The notes under the pieces were generated by a model. It was given only the letters and a program-made list of their open reading frames with translations. It was not told the DNA's origin and did no database searches. Below are positions 1 through 12,516 of a DNA stretch of 64,000 nt, in pieces. The position numbers and the translations under genes are program-made. The DNA is from Sarea resinae (Eukaryota), in NCBI GenBank assembly GCA_026026165.1, contig JAPEUD010000028.1:1-64000 (forward strand). The letters run 5' to 3'. The stretch's first letter is position 1. Each line of letters opens with the position of its first letter.

Positions 1-125
1 TCTATAGAGTTCTATTAGCTTCTATAGGTCTGTAGAAGCTTCTAGATGTATCTATACTGTCATGTGACATTCTGTAACAGTCTAGATACTTAAGAGTGAC
101 TAGAATTAAGGTTATAATTCTAACA
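1..125 (-). mobile_element. 5' end of a copia LTR in inverted orientation (cut off by window edge), same family as LTR 26744-27264
   Basis: The reverse complement of 1-125 matches 26744-26868 at 124/125 positions (single TG/TA difference, pos 61 vs 26808). It starts TGTTAGAA. Confidence 0.93.
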
Positions 126-444
126 AAATACCTTAATGTTTACCTTTGAAAACATTAAAGTGAAACCTTTAGCAAATTCAAAGAATATATTGCTAAAGAG
201 GAAAATTAAACACTAAAAAGGCTAAAAATATTTCACTTAGATAATGCTAAGGTCTATAATAACACTGTGTTTAAGAAATTTCATGCTGAAAGAGGCATTA
301 TAGACTCTTATAATGCACTCTATACTACTAACCCCTAAACAAAATAGCTTAGTAGAAAGGATTAATAGAACCTTACTTAATAAAGTTAGAGCCCTACTAA
401 ATCAGGCTAATATCCCTAAAAGATTCTAGAGAGAAGCTACCTTA

Positions 445-1410
445 TAGCTAACTCTAGGATTTCTAACACAGTCTCACAACTGTTGTGACACCTAGTGGAA
501 CCCCTTATAGTGCGAAATTCCTAAACAGTGTTAAAACCATGTTAAGACTGTTACAATACCTACTATAGGTCGTAGGATTACCATTGGTCGCAGAATTACT
601 ATTAGTCGCAGAGGTTCAGAACTACCCTTAGTTGCGACTGACTTTTGCACACCTATAGAAGTTGCAGAAAAAAAGTGGGAAAATTCAGGGAATTTAGCGA
701 AAAAGTAAATTGACTACAGTAGGAATCGATCCTAGAAGCATTGCGTAATCAATAATTAACATTACACTATCTAGGTTATACGACTTGTTAGAAAATCTAG
801 CCCTAGAGTGCTATATAGCCTATAGAAACCATAATTTTATTTTGACATAGAGATTTTCAAAGTTTTAACCACCTATTGTAAGTGAGACGTTCAACAATTT
901 TTGCGTATATTACGTAATTGCTTACATAGTATTTGCAAAAGTCGTTGAACGTCTCAAATATTTTTCAACTTTTACCTACTAGCAAGAAAATTATATTTAT
1001 TTTCACTAAGTCAAAATTGTGTAGCAGAACCTCTAACCTATACACTGTTACAGACCTATAGGTGCACCTAATTAGGTTGCAACACCTTATATAGGTTGCA
1101 ATGCCTTATATAGGTTCAAATCACTAGTAGGTTACAAGAATTTTAAACCCTTAGGCAGTATATATTCCCTGCCTAGTTACAGAACTTCTGAACCACATAC
1201 TGTTACAAACCTATAGGTGTACTAAAGTTGGTTGCAACACCCTATATTGGTTCTGATTAGTAGTAGGTTGCAAAAAATCAACAGGTTTCAAAAATTAGAA
1301 AAGTTCAGCACTATTCTAAAACCTATAGGAGGTTTTAAACACACTGTTACAGTGTTTAGACTGTCTTACAACCGTGTCAGAAATAGTCCTAGGGGCACTT
1401 AAGTATTCTA
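445..1410. mobile_element. Non-coding ~965-bp insertion into the copia integrase (unclassified non-autonomous element)
   Basis: Removing it restores the frame gaa gct acc tta|gct gct ata tac (EATL|AAIY); possible TA duplication at 443-444/1409-1410. It has asymmetric subterminal inverted repeats (tttctaacacagt ~460-472 vs revcomp tttctgacacggt ~1371-1383), short tandem repeats and hairpins. Confidence 0.75.
711..785 (-). pseudogene. Decayed tRNA-like sequence (Pol III A/B box) inside the 445-1410 insertion
   Basis: Minus strand reads agtcgta taacctagatag ... ctagg atcgatt cctac tgtagtca. The B box GATCGATTC fits GWTCRANNC in a T-arm-like stem. The A box and acceptor stem are recoverable only by assuming RIP transitions. 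An oligo-T run follows. Confidence 0.45.
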
Positions 1411-3301
1411 GCTGCTATATACCTCTATAATAGGACCTCTACTACCTCTATAGGCTATAAAACACCCTATAAGCTAAGGTTTAACAAAAAGCCTAACCTA
1501 GACTATATAAAAGTCTAGGGTTCTCTAGCCTATAAGAGAGAGCCTAAGGAACTAATTAAAAAATTAGATAATAGAGCTAAGCCCTATTACCTAATCAACT
1601 ATAGCTTAAATTAATACAAGCTCTTAGACCCTAAAATAGCTAAAACAATCTAGGCTAGAGATGTTAGGATTATAGAAAACACATTCTATGATTCTGCAGA
1701 AGGCTATACCCTTGACCTAGAGGCCTTAGAGGAGCTAGAGAAGGATACATCTAATCTAGAGGATAAAACACCTATAGGTGTTAAGAATTCACCTCCTACA
1801 CCTGCTGTAACAGTATAGGAAGATTATATAACAGTAGAAGATTAAAGTTCTATAGACACTAATAGTGAATCTGATATAGATAAGCTAAGTAGTGAATATT
1901 ATGCAAATATAGCTAGCACCTCTAAGCAGCAACAACACTATGCAAACTTTATGCAAAATTTCATAGTTTATAACAGTCTGTACATAAGAGAGAATCACAC
2001 TGTTACAGACACCTATAGAAGTTCTACAGATGTATCTAATCCTAAGAGCTATAAGGAAGCTCTAAAGTCACTCTATAAAGAGAAGTGGCTAAAATCAATG
2101 CAGAAGGAGCTTACTAAGCTAAAAGAGCTAGGAGTTCTAAAGCTAGTCCCTAGACTTAAAAATGCTAATATAATTAATAGCAGGTAGGTCTATAAAACAA
2201 AGCTAAACTCTAATAATACAATTCACAAAAGGAAATCTAGGTAGGTTGCTAGAGGCTTCCTATAAAAGCAAGGGGTTAACTATATAAAGACCTTTATATA
2301 CACTAGCAATCCTATAGCTATAAAACCACTTCTATTTATAGCTGCTAAACTATAGAAACATATTAGTAGGATATAGCTTCTGTATTTCCTAATGCTAATC
2401 TAGATAATCCTATCTATATAGAGCAGCTAGAGAGTTTTATAGAAGGAAAAGGCAAAGTCTATCTTCTAAACAAAGCTCTATATAGCTTAAAACAAGCTGC
2501 TAGACAGTAGGAAATTTATCTAAAGAATTTACTTATAAAAATAAGTTAAAACAATCTTAGTAGATAGCTCTATCTAGGCTAGTATATAGGTTAGGTTAAA
2601 CAGATTAGAGGCTGTATTTACTAACCCTATATAGGTTTCTAAAGTGAACAGATTATAGATATAAAATCTAATCTAGTAGTAAATCAGGTTAGTTTTTCCT
2701 TAGCACTACTATATATAATCTTAAAATAGCTTACATTTTAATAGAAATATATATAAGTTAGTGTTATAGAATTTACATGTTACAATGTTCTCTAGATTAT
2801 AATTAAAATGATTTACTAGGGTTTACCTCTATTAATTTATTATTAAAAGTAATAACTAATAGTAACACTTATTATAAAGAAAAGATCTATAAACCTATTG
2901 CCTTTATACCTCTTTTACCTCTAAACTCTATAAGAAAAATATATCTATTAAGCGCTATAACTACTTAGTAAACACTATATAACTATTTAGAGTAGACTGC
3001 TAAATTCTCTATTATCTTCTTTACTAATTGCATATATTTCTGCTAGATTATAACTCTATTAGTATAGATAGCTATATTATTAGAGTCTAAAAAGAGTGTT
3101 ACTATATATTATTACTTTAGAACATTAAGCTTAACTTACTATTAAAGAAGCTAGATATATAAAGTTCTATTACTTTTTAAATAGTATTAATAGCAGAGCC
3201 TTAGAAATAAAAAGACTTAGATAGATATAGATTAGTTACTATTTCTTAGACTAAGTAGTAGAATACTATCTTTAGTAATAGAAGTTAGCTGCCTTTTTAA
3301 T

Positions 3302-3472
3302 TATTATAGCATATATATTAGGCTTATTATATTGCCTTTAGGCAACTATAACTATATTGCTTTTACTCTATATTACTTATAGTCTACTATAGATTTGTAT
3401 TTATAGATAATTAGGTATAGCTCTTAAAGAATTAAGCACTTATTTATATATTTTATTCTATATTTTATAGCA
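3302..3472 (+). repeat. 5' LTR of gypsy A
   Basis: Direct repeat of 11850-12020 differing almost entirely by transitions; ends TA(TG)...CA. Confidence 0.92.
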
Positions 3473-6400
3473 TTTAGTATTAATAGCTACACTAGTATTA
3501 GAGATCTCTAACTACACTAGTAGTAAGAGTTTATCTCTTACTACTATTATTACTAGTGCTTAAACAACTATATAAGTTTATATAGGTAAATAGTAATATA
3601 GAATTAACACTACACTACTATAGTGCTTTACCTACTTACTTTACTCTTTATTCTCTACACTAACTCTTATCTTATTCCTTAACTCTTACTCTTTATTTTA
3701 TTTCTTTATCTCTACTAGATTGTTAATTATTAGTGTTATATATTAATAACACACTAATAAGCTAGCTAATCTAAACCTAATTAATCTGATTTTTTTAAAT
3801 AAGGTTATATAACTAGCCTACTATTTACAGTCCTTTATTAATAGATATACTACTATAATAAGAAATGTTAATACTCTAACTATTAAAAATCTGCGTTTTA
3901 TTACACTAGTATACCTAGCACTAGTAGTTATTACACTATATCTCTAGCACTAAGAGTAGAATTAAAGTTCCTATTACAATTCTATTTGCTAATTTAATTC
4001 TAACGCAGACTAACTATAGAAGAAGTAATAGTAAGCTACTAACCTTAATTCTAACTACTTTATATAATAAGTGTAACTAAATCTATTAACTTATTTCTAA
4101 TTAATAGATAAAGCACTTTGCTAAATAAATATCACACTCTTAATACATTAAGACCTTTTTATTCACTTTTATTTAGCGTTAATAACTGTGTTTAGCAACT
4201 AGATTTTATTATACAGTCCTAACCTAAGGAATGCTACTTAGTAATAAAAGAGATTAACTATCTTAAACTTTATAATAAAGGTAAAAGTAAATAGCCTTTC
4301 TACTAAAGTATATATTCTAACGCCTAAGCTAGACTATTTAGACTAACCTAAGAATACTCTAGCTTTACTAATTGCTAGATAACTACTCTCTAGGCTATAA
4401 TCTAAGAAGCTATATCCTAGAGAAACAGTAACTATTATAATAGCTACACTTCTAACTAAATAGAGGTCTTATATTAATAAGCTAAGAGCCTTAAACAATG
4501 TAAGTCCTATTAGCTATAATACCTATCTAATAATAAAGACCTATATAATAATAATTATAAAGATACTAAGGTTAATAATAAACCTAATAACTATTAGTAT
4601 TCTAATATAGTAGGACTTTTTAACCTAGATCTAGACCTAGCTTATAGTATTAGAGATATTATCTAAGTAGGCGCTTAAACTTACTTTTAGAATATACAAC
4701 TCTTTATTAAAAGTGTTAGAGATATTGCTTCTACTAAAGAGCCTTGTATTATCTAATACAACTTAAATAAGTGCCTTTATAGCACTACTTAGAACTAGTA
4801 CATTAGAGTCCTCTCTTTTACTAAGTAATAAGTGCTTAAAGATAGAAGTAGTATTAAGTAGTAGACTAACACTCTCTTTAAATAGTTTAAAGACTTATAC
4901 TTTAAAGCTATAACTGCACTTAAAGATAAAAAATACACTGTAAATAATATACACTAAGGATAAGACGCTAGTAAATACATTATAAGAGTTATACACTATA
5001 TAAAATCTGCTAAAGTGTTATCTATATTAGTGTAATTAACTATAGTATAGATATAGATAGATCTTTATTTACACTCTAATATCTCTAAGCTAAAAGAATA
5101 TACAATTATAGAGTTGTTTATTAAAAGCATTAATAATATAAAAGAAGTTTAAAAGGATAAGTATATTAACTATTGCTTTACTATATAGTAATAGACATTG
5201 TACTAGCCTTAATAGAACTAAAGTAACTTCTACTAACTATACCTAACTTCTAATTAAGGCAACTAATACTAGAAGGCTTATAACAATTAGATAATATTCT
5301 TAAACTAGGACGCTTATTAAAGAAACACTAATAATAAAGGATTACCTATACTAAGGCAGCCTTTACAACTAATAAGTAAGAATAACTATAGTAGTTTCTT
5401 CTAATAAGAGAACTATAGCAATCGCAGCTGTAGCAATATATACAGAGGCTATAGGAATAATAACTATAACTAACACTATCTAATAAACCTATATTAGTAG
5501 TAAGATCTACACTAATAATAGGACCTATATTAGTAACAAGATATATAATAATAATAAGACCTATATTAGTAATAGATAATAACTAGCTAATAAAATCAGA
5601 ACAAATAGAGCTATATACTATAAAACTATAACTAGTAACTATATAGCTAGTAGTAATAGTATAGATAGAGGTAAGCTACTTATTATAGTTCTAAGACTTA
5701 ATTAGACTAAGATAACTAGAGATTAAACTAAGAAGTTAATTAGCTCTAGCCTAATACAGACCCTAATATAGACTATAGTAATAATATAGAATACATTAAA
5801 TAAGACAATCTATAAGAAGCAAATTATATATAAGAAACATAGGATAATTAATACAACCTACCTAACTAAGTATAAGCTAATCTAGTTAATATATAGATCA
5901 CTTATAGACGTTGTTAGAAGACGTTTCTATTAAAAAATAAGCTTTATAAGCACCTCTACACAAATAACTATAAAGCAACTATTGCTAAAGAATGCGTTTT
6001 AACTAACACTGCTTTACTATATATCTCTATTTGTTTTAAAGCTTAGTCTATAAGTCCTATAACAAATAGATATACATTTAGGCCCTATAAATATACTATT
6101 ATATCTGCTAGACTAGGCTCTAACACTTCTAACGCTAATCTCTATATTAACTCTAGTTATACTATATTATTAGTAGATAGGTCTTTCTTTTAAGAGCAAC
6201 TTCTAAACATAGTAATCTAGTATATAGCAATACTAATTTATATCTATAGTATTAGTCCTAAAGCTTATTACTTTAATAAGTATATAATAGTAGATATACA
6301 CCTTAATAGTAAAGCACATAACAGATTAGACGCTATAGCTATACTTATATAAGAACTCTACCTAGTTAATAGTTTATATATAAACGTATTAATTAGCGTT

Positions 6401-9400
6401 AATATTATTACTCTAGAGAAGATAATACTTAATTTCTTTAACTCTAAGCTTATTATAAATAGTTGTAACAATATCTGCGTTCTAATAAAGATTAACACTA
6501 AATTAACTTAGTAAGTAAATAGAATTATCTAGTTATACAACTAATTTGTAATACTACCTAAGATATATATAATAATTCTAATTGCGCTCTAAGGTAAAGA
6601 AAAGTTGCTAGCAGACTATAATATAATCTTTTAACCTAAATTTAACAGCCTTACCTAATTCTATAACTATATAGTTAACACTAATATCTCTTTTATATAA
6701 GTGTATAACCTAACTAATAGTGTCATTATAATTTAGCGTTATATAAGACTAGGTATAGTTACTAAATATAAAGAAGAAGAATGCTATTACACTAACCTTA
6801 GTAACTACTATATAGCCTAGCAAATCTATAAAACTAAGAAGACTATAATAAAATCTATTTTAGAACATCTACTTCTTAATAGCGTTATAATTTAAGGATG
6901 TAGCAATATATTAGATATACTTACCTGCGTTATATAATTGTATCTAGAACTATAGACAGACTATAGCTAAACAATTAACGTCTCTTAGAACTAAGAAATA
7001 CATATTTTATTAATTAAAGGATAGGAAATAAAGACTAAAATACTTATAAAAGTCTACCTACTTAGTTCTTAAGACTAAATAGTAGTTAATAACACGTTTA
7101 ATAAGCTGTATATATAAAGAAAGATAAACTAGACTATATAACTAATGCTATTTAGATTCTCTATATTTGTAGTATAGTAAAAGGTTATAATAAATAGAGT
7201 TATATAAGAGAAAAGTCGCGTTATTATAGATATATATACACTAAACTAAATTATATAAAAAGACTCTTATCTAGTTCTACTTTAGTTAGATATTACTATA
7301 GTAGTTTAAGGCGCTAGTTTTATTACTATTATAGATACAATCTTAATGTTCTACTAGTTTAGAGTTAATAAATGTAACTAATATAAGTTGTTAGTTAATA
7401 TATATAGAGGCTAGGAATTTTTTCGTGTTACTCTAATAGGACACTGCAGATTAGTTTAGTATACCTAACAACAAATTAATTATATCTTACACTTATTTAA
7501 ACAGTTTGCTAAAGGCTATATTAATAATATAGTTATTTATTTAATTACATTAGATAAACATATTAACTATCTCTACTAGGTTTTTTACCTTCTTTATTCC
7601 TTAGGATTTTCTTTAGCACTAACTAAATCCTTTATTAGATTCCTAAGTATTATTCTTTTAGAATAATATATTAATGCCTTAGGACTAACAACAAATAAAG
7701 AGAAACTTATAGCAATTACAGATCTTATATTTCTTAACACTCTCTAAGCACTAGAAAAATACCTAGGACTTATAAGGTAGATAAGGTAGTATATTCCTTA
7801 CTACTTATCTATAGCAGAACTACTTAAGAATAAGAAGATAGAACTACTTTATAGCAAGCTAATTAAAGGAAACACATGCAGAACGTTTTCTACTAAGACT
7901 ACTCTAGTTAATCCTACTAAACGCGAGTTTCTATTATACACTATACTCTAATAAGCCTTTTCTAAACCAACGTTTTTTATCTACTACAAACTTAAACGCT
8001 AATTCTATGCTAATATTAACGCGTTTAAAAAACAAGTTAGTATTATTATATACTATATTAAAGGCGAAAAAGAACTATTTAGCTGTAACAACATTAAGCT
8101 AATTATATTCTTAAGCAAACGTTGTTCTATTACTAAAAGCCACTACTAGCTAACTAAATCTAAAGTCGCTGCGTTAGTTTTTATTGTTTGTAAAATCTAA
8201 CACCTTATTAAAGCGTCTAAGAAACCTACTATTATTTTTATAGATCACTTAGCTATAGTATAAACTGTTAAACAAACTTCTTTATTATTATTAAATATAA
8301 ACAAGTTAAATCTGCAGCTTATCTAAGCATTACAATATCTATTACAATTTAGACTTAACGTTTATTATAAACTAGGCAAACAATATATAGTACTAGATAG
8401 CCTTTCCTAACTTAAATATATAGGTAAGAAAAACAAACTAGAAGATCTAGAAGAACTAGATAATATTAACGTGTATATATACTTTGTTACACTAGTAGAA
8501 ATATCTTAAGACTTCTAATTAAAACTCTAGTAAGGTTATAAGACTAACTCTTACTAGAAGAAGATAAAGACTAACCTAGTAGAAAACCTAACTAAAGTTA
8601 ATGTTTTAGATATAAGGCTGTATTACTTATAGGACAAAATAATCTATTACTATAGAGATTATAGTGACTAACTCTGTATTCTTAAATCGCTTAAGAAAGA
8701 GATTTTTAAACTTATATATAATAGGTATTCCTATACTAGCTTCTACTACATGTTCTACTACCTTATATCTTTAGTCTATATTATCTAGATAGCTAAACAA
8801 CTCTAGATATATATCTACTATTATTAACAATATGCAGTTAATTAAACTAAATGCTATAGCCTATATAGTTTGTTGTATCTTATTATTACATTGTCTATTC
8901 TATTCTATATAATAACAATAGATTTTATCCTTGTATTACTACAAATAAATAAAGAGTATAATATAGTTCTAATAATTACAGATAAATTTACTAAATGTAT
9001 AACTCTTATACTAGGAAAATCAACCTTTAATGCTATTAACTAGGTAGAATACATAGTTAATAGACTATTAATTATAGACTAAGGCCTCTCTAGTGCTATA
9101 ATCTCTAACAAAGATCTAAAATTTATGTCTATGTTTTAGAAGGCTATGTTTTAGCGCCTAGGTATAAAAATCCTTGCTAGTATAGCTTACTATATATAGA
9201 TAGATAGTTAGAGTAAGCAGACTAATTAAACTATTAAGATAGCCCTTTGTTTTAGCCTAACTAGGTTAATATACAAGGCCTAATAGATTAAGCTATTACT
9301 GCTTATCTAAGCTAATATAAATAATAGTGTAAACTTATCTACTAGTAAAACCTCTAATAAGATAATATATAGCTTTTGTATTAGCAAAGGCAATCTTAAT

Positions 9401-11849
9401 ATTAAACTAATAAATAAGAGAACTAATTTCACTAAAGAGCGCGACGTCTTATAAAAGGATATAGCTAATATAATATTATACGCTAATATAGTTGCTAAAT
9501 TGCGTTATAATTCTTCCTATATAGAACTTAACTTAAAAGTTAGTAATAAGGCGTTCTTAAGACTCTATAAGAGATATATAATCCTAGGTCTATCTAATAA
9601 GAAACTATTATAGCAGCGTGTTAGTCTTTTTATAATAAAGAGAAAAGTAAGAGTATTAGTATATAAATAATTTCTCTCTTATATTTAAGATCTATCTAGT
9701 TATCTTAGTTACTTAACTAGAACCTACTCTAACTATAAATAACTCTAAAATAATAAATTGTACTAGATAATAATAATCTACCTCTTATAGAAGATATTAA
9801 TAATAATGCTTCTCTTTTTAAAATAGAAGCACTTCTTAATTAGCAAGCTATTTAATCTAGATATAAGTTAAAGGGTAAGATATAATACCTTATTAAATAG
9901 AGGAGTTATAGAAATAAGTTTAACGTTTAGTACAACCTAAATAACCTTAAGAATGTATCTAAACTTATCTGCATATATAATAATAAGTATAGTCTGTTCT
10001 TACAACTAAAGATAGTTGTATATTTAGCATAATATAATTATAACACTTAGGTATTTACCTTTCCTTTATTTAAAACTTCTTTGTTTAGATTTTACATTTA
10101 CTAATACTCTAGCTTACTTATAGTAAAGCATGCTTATATTTTATTACAACCTCTTTATTAACCTTTTAGGATTCCTTTTATTAAGATTATTATTATATTG
10201 TTTGCTGTAATAGTATCTTAGAACTCTATTAGATTCCTTATTTAATAGGATACACTCTTACCTTAATCTTATAGCAGAATATAGGCAGAAGCAGATTGTA
10301 ATAGCTAACCTATTTTAAAGACTAATTATAAGCTTACCTAACTATTAAGGCATTCTAGGATATACTTATAACAATTAAAAACTATACACTTAATACATTA
10401 TACCTAATAAAGTAATAGGAGTTATACTACTACACTATATTTATCTCTTAGATAACGCTATTATAGCACTTATAAGGATAAAGTTTAAACAAAATATATT
10501 AGTAAGGTTCTAGCCTATAGACTTCTAAGACAATAGAAACATTAAGCTTAAGAACTAACTTTCTATAGACCTACTAGTAAAGCGTTATAAGAACAGTGTT
10601 TAGTTCTATAAAACCTTCTGCAATATAGTAGCTTTAGTTAGAAATAAAGGATATATAGAAAGATATTCTATATAAAGAAAGTAATTAAAGTATCTTAAGG
10701 GCTAAAAGTTATATAACCTTATCCTAGATATAACACAACTATATTTAGTATAGTCTAGTATAGATATTAACTTATATAACTAGTTAGCATATCTTAATAG
10801 GCCTTTTACTATACTAGAACAAGTTGCAATTACTACTCTAAATATAATAGCACTTATACTAACTATACTAGCCTTATTTGTATTAACTGTATTAGCCTTA
10901 CTTATAACTACTCTAACTACAATTGCTTTTAACCTAGTTATAGTAATATCTTCTACTACTCTAGCTGCGATTTTTAAACGAGAAAATTATTCTTTAGAGG
11001 CTATTAATAAATAAAGAACTAAGGTAGTAAAGAAATACAATATCTACACACTTAATTATAATAGCGTTATATCTTATATTGCTAAAGACTTAAAGTATAG
11101 ATAGATAGATTTATCTAATAATACAACTAACTAGGTAGACCTATTAACTATTAAAAACAAATGCTTTAGTATTAACTCTAGTCTATATAAGAACAAATAG
11201 CCTAAGATAGTAAACAAGCTAATTGTTAGCAGCAATAATCTAAACAGTAAAAGTAAAGAGAAATAAGTATAGCAAGCTACTACTAAGCGCTTAACGCCTA
11301 TAAAGATATAATAAGTCTATTATAATATTAAGCTCTTAATACTAATAAAAAAAAGATAGAAGGCACTACTATTACACTATATAAGTATTTTAAGAATAGC
11401 ATTATTAAACGCTCTTTAGCTAGTCCTAATGTTTGCGATTTAGCGCGATAACTAGATAAAGCTAAGGCAACTATTATAAGTCTTATTATATTAAACGTAT
11501 ATCTTTGCTATTATTTCTAAAAATCAGCTAATCTAAATATAGACAAGCTAGATAAGATCTGCAACGCTATTATAACTTACTAGAAGACCTTATTATTAGC
11601 AAACACTACGCTTAAAAACTGCACTATTTACTTAGACTAACTTATAGATTGCACTAAAAAGACTGTAAATAAGAATAATAAAGAGGTATAAACAATTATC
11701 TACTTTATTCTATAGCAGTATAAGAGAATATTATTTAGCGTGTAATTAGAAGGCTAAGTAACAAACATTATTAATAATATTGCTAAGAAAAACAACAACT
11801 AGTAGTAATTAAATAAAGGTGTTAGTCTTTTTATTAAAAGAGAGGCAAT

Positions 11850-12020
11850 TGTTATAGCATATGTATTAGGCTTATTATATCACTTTTAGGCAACTATAGC
11901 TGCGTTGCTTTTACTCTATATTACTTATAGTCTACTATAGATCTATATTTATAGACAATTAAGTATAGCCTTTAAAGAATTAAGCACTTATTTATATATA
12001 TTATCCTATGTTTTATAGTA
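11850..12020 (+). repeat. 3' LTR of gypsy A
   Basis: Starts TGTTATAGCA after a polypurine tract and is followed by the TSD TTAAT. Confidence 0.92.
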
Positions 12021-12395
12021 TTAATAGTATTTTATCTAATAAAGCGCGCTTACTAGAAGACATTGTATTACTAATATATATTACTATAGAATAGTAGATA
12101 AAGAACTTACTACTTAGTTTAGTCTTTCTATAGACATTATTTATTACTAGCTTAGCTATAGTAAAAGCTTTATTCTTAGCTAAGGTATTATAATACTACT
12201 TATTCTATTTCTTATAGCGTTTATTAAAGCTCTTATAGTATTTATCTTATCTACTCTAATATAACTTTATAACCTTAGAGAGAGTAGGATGTTTAAAGTT
12301 ATAGCGCTTTATATATTACTTAGTGCGCTCTATAATTGCTGTTTAAGTAAGAGTTAGTTACTATATTCTATTACTATTAAAAAGACTTATATAGA

Positions 12396-12516
12396 GTAGA
12401 CTTAATAATAATAATAAGACTTAATAATAATAATAAGACTTAGTAATAATAATAAGACTTAAGGATAATAATAAGACTTAATAATAATAATAATAAGACT
12501 TAATAATAGTATAAGA
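12396..12516. repeat. Minisatellite (agactt-aataataataata)n within a decayed minus-strand ORF of the outer element
   Basis: About six 18-21-bp units, each starting agactta. The unit lengths are multiples of 3, consistent with a former coding low-complexity repeat. Confidence 0.75.

Larger units (their letters stand above)
3302..12020 (+). mobile_element. Ty3/gypsy chromovirus-type LTR retrotransposon A (RIP-inactivated, full length)
   Basis: 171-bp LTRs at 3302-3472 and 11850-12020; TSD TTAAT at 3297-3301 and 12021-12025; PPT aaaagagagg before the 3' LTR. RT EKSRVIIDIYTLN (~7208) and YINN (=YIDD, 7517-7528). Integrase ITIDFILVL (~8912). Chromodomain-like FKIEALL...YLIK*RSY (~9817-9915). Confidence 0.93.

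Noticed and set aside
1951..2187. 78-aa ORF as a stand-alone gene
   Set aside because: It is a stop-free fragment of the RIPed copia pol (start of RT).
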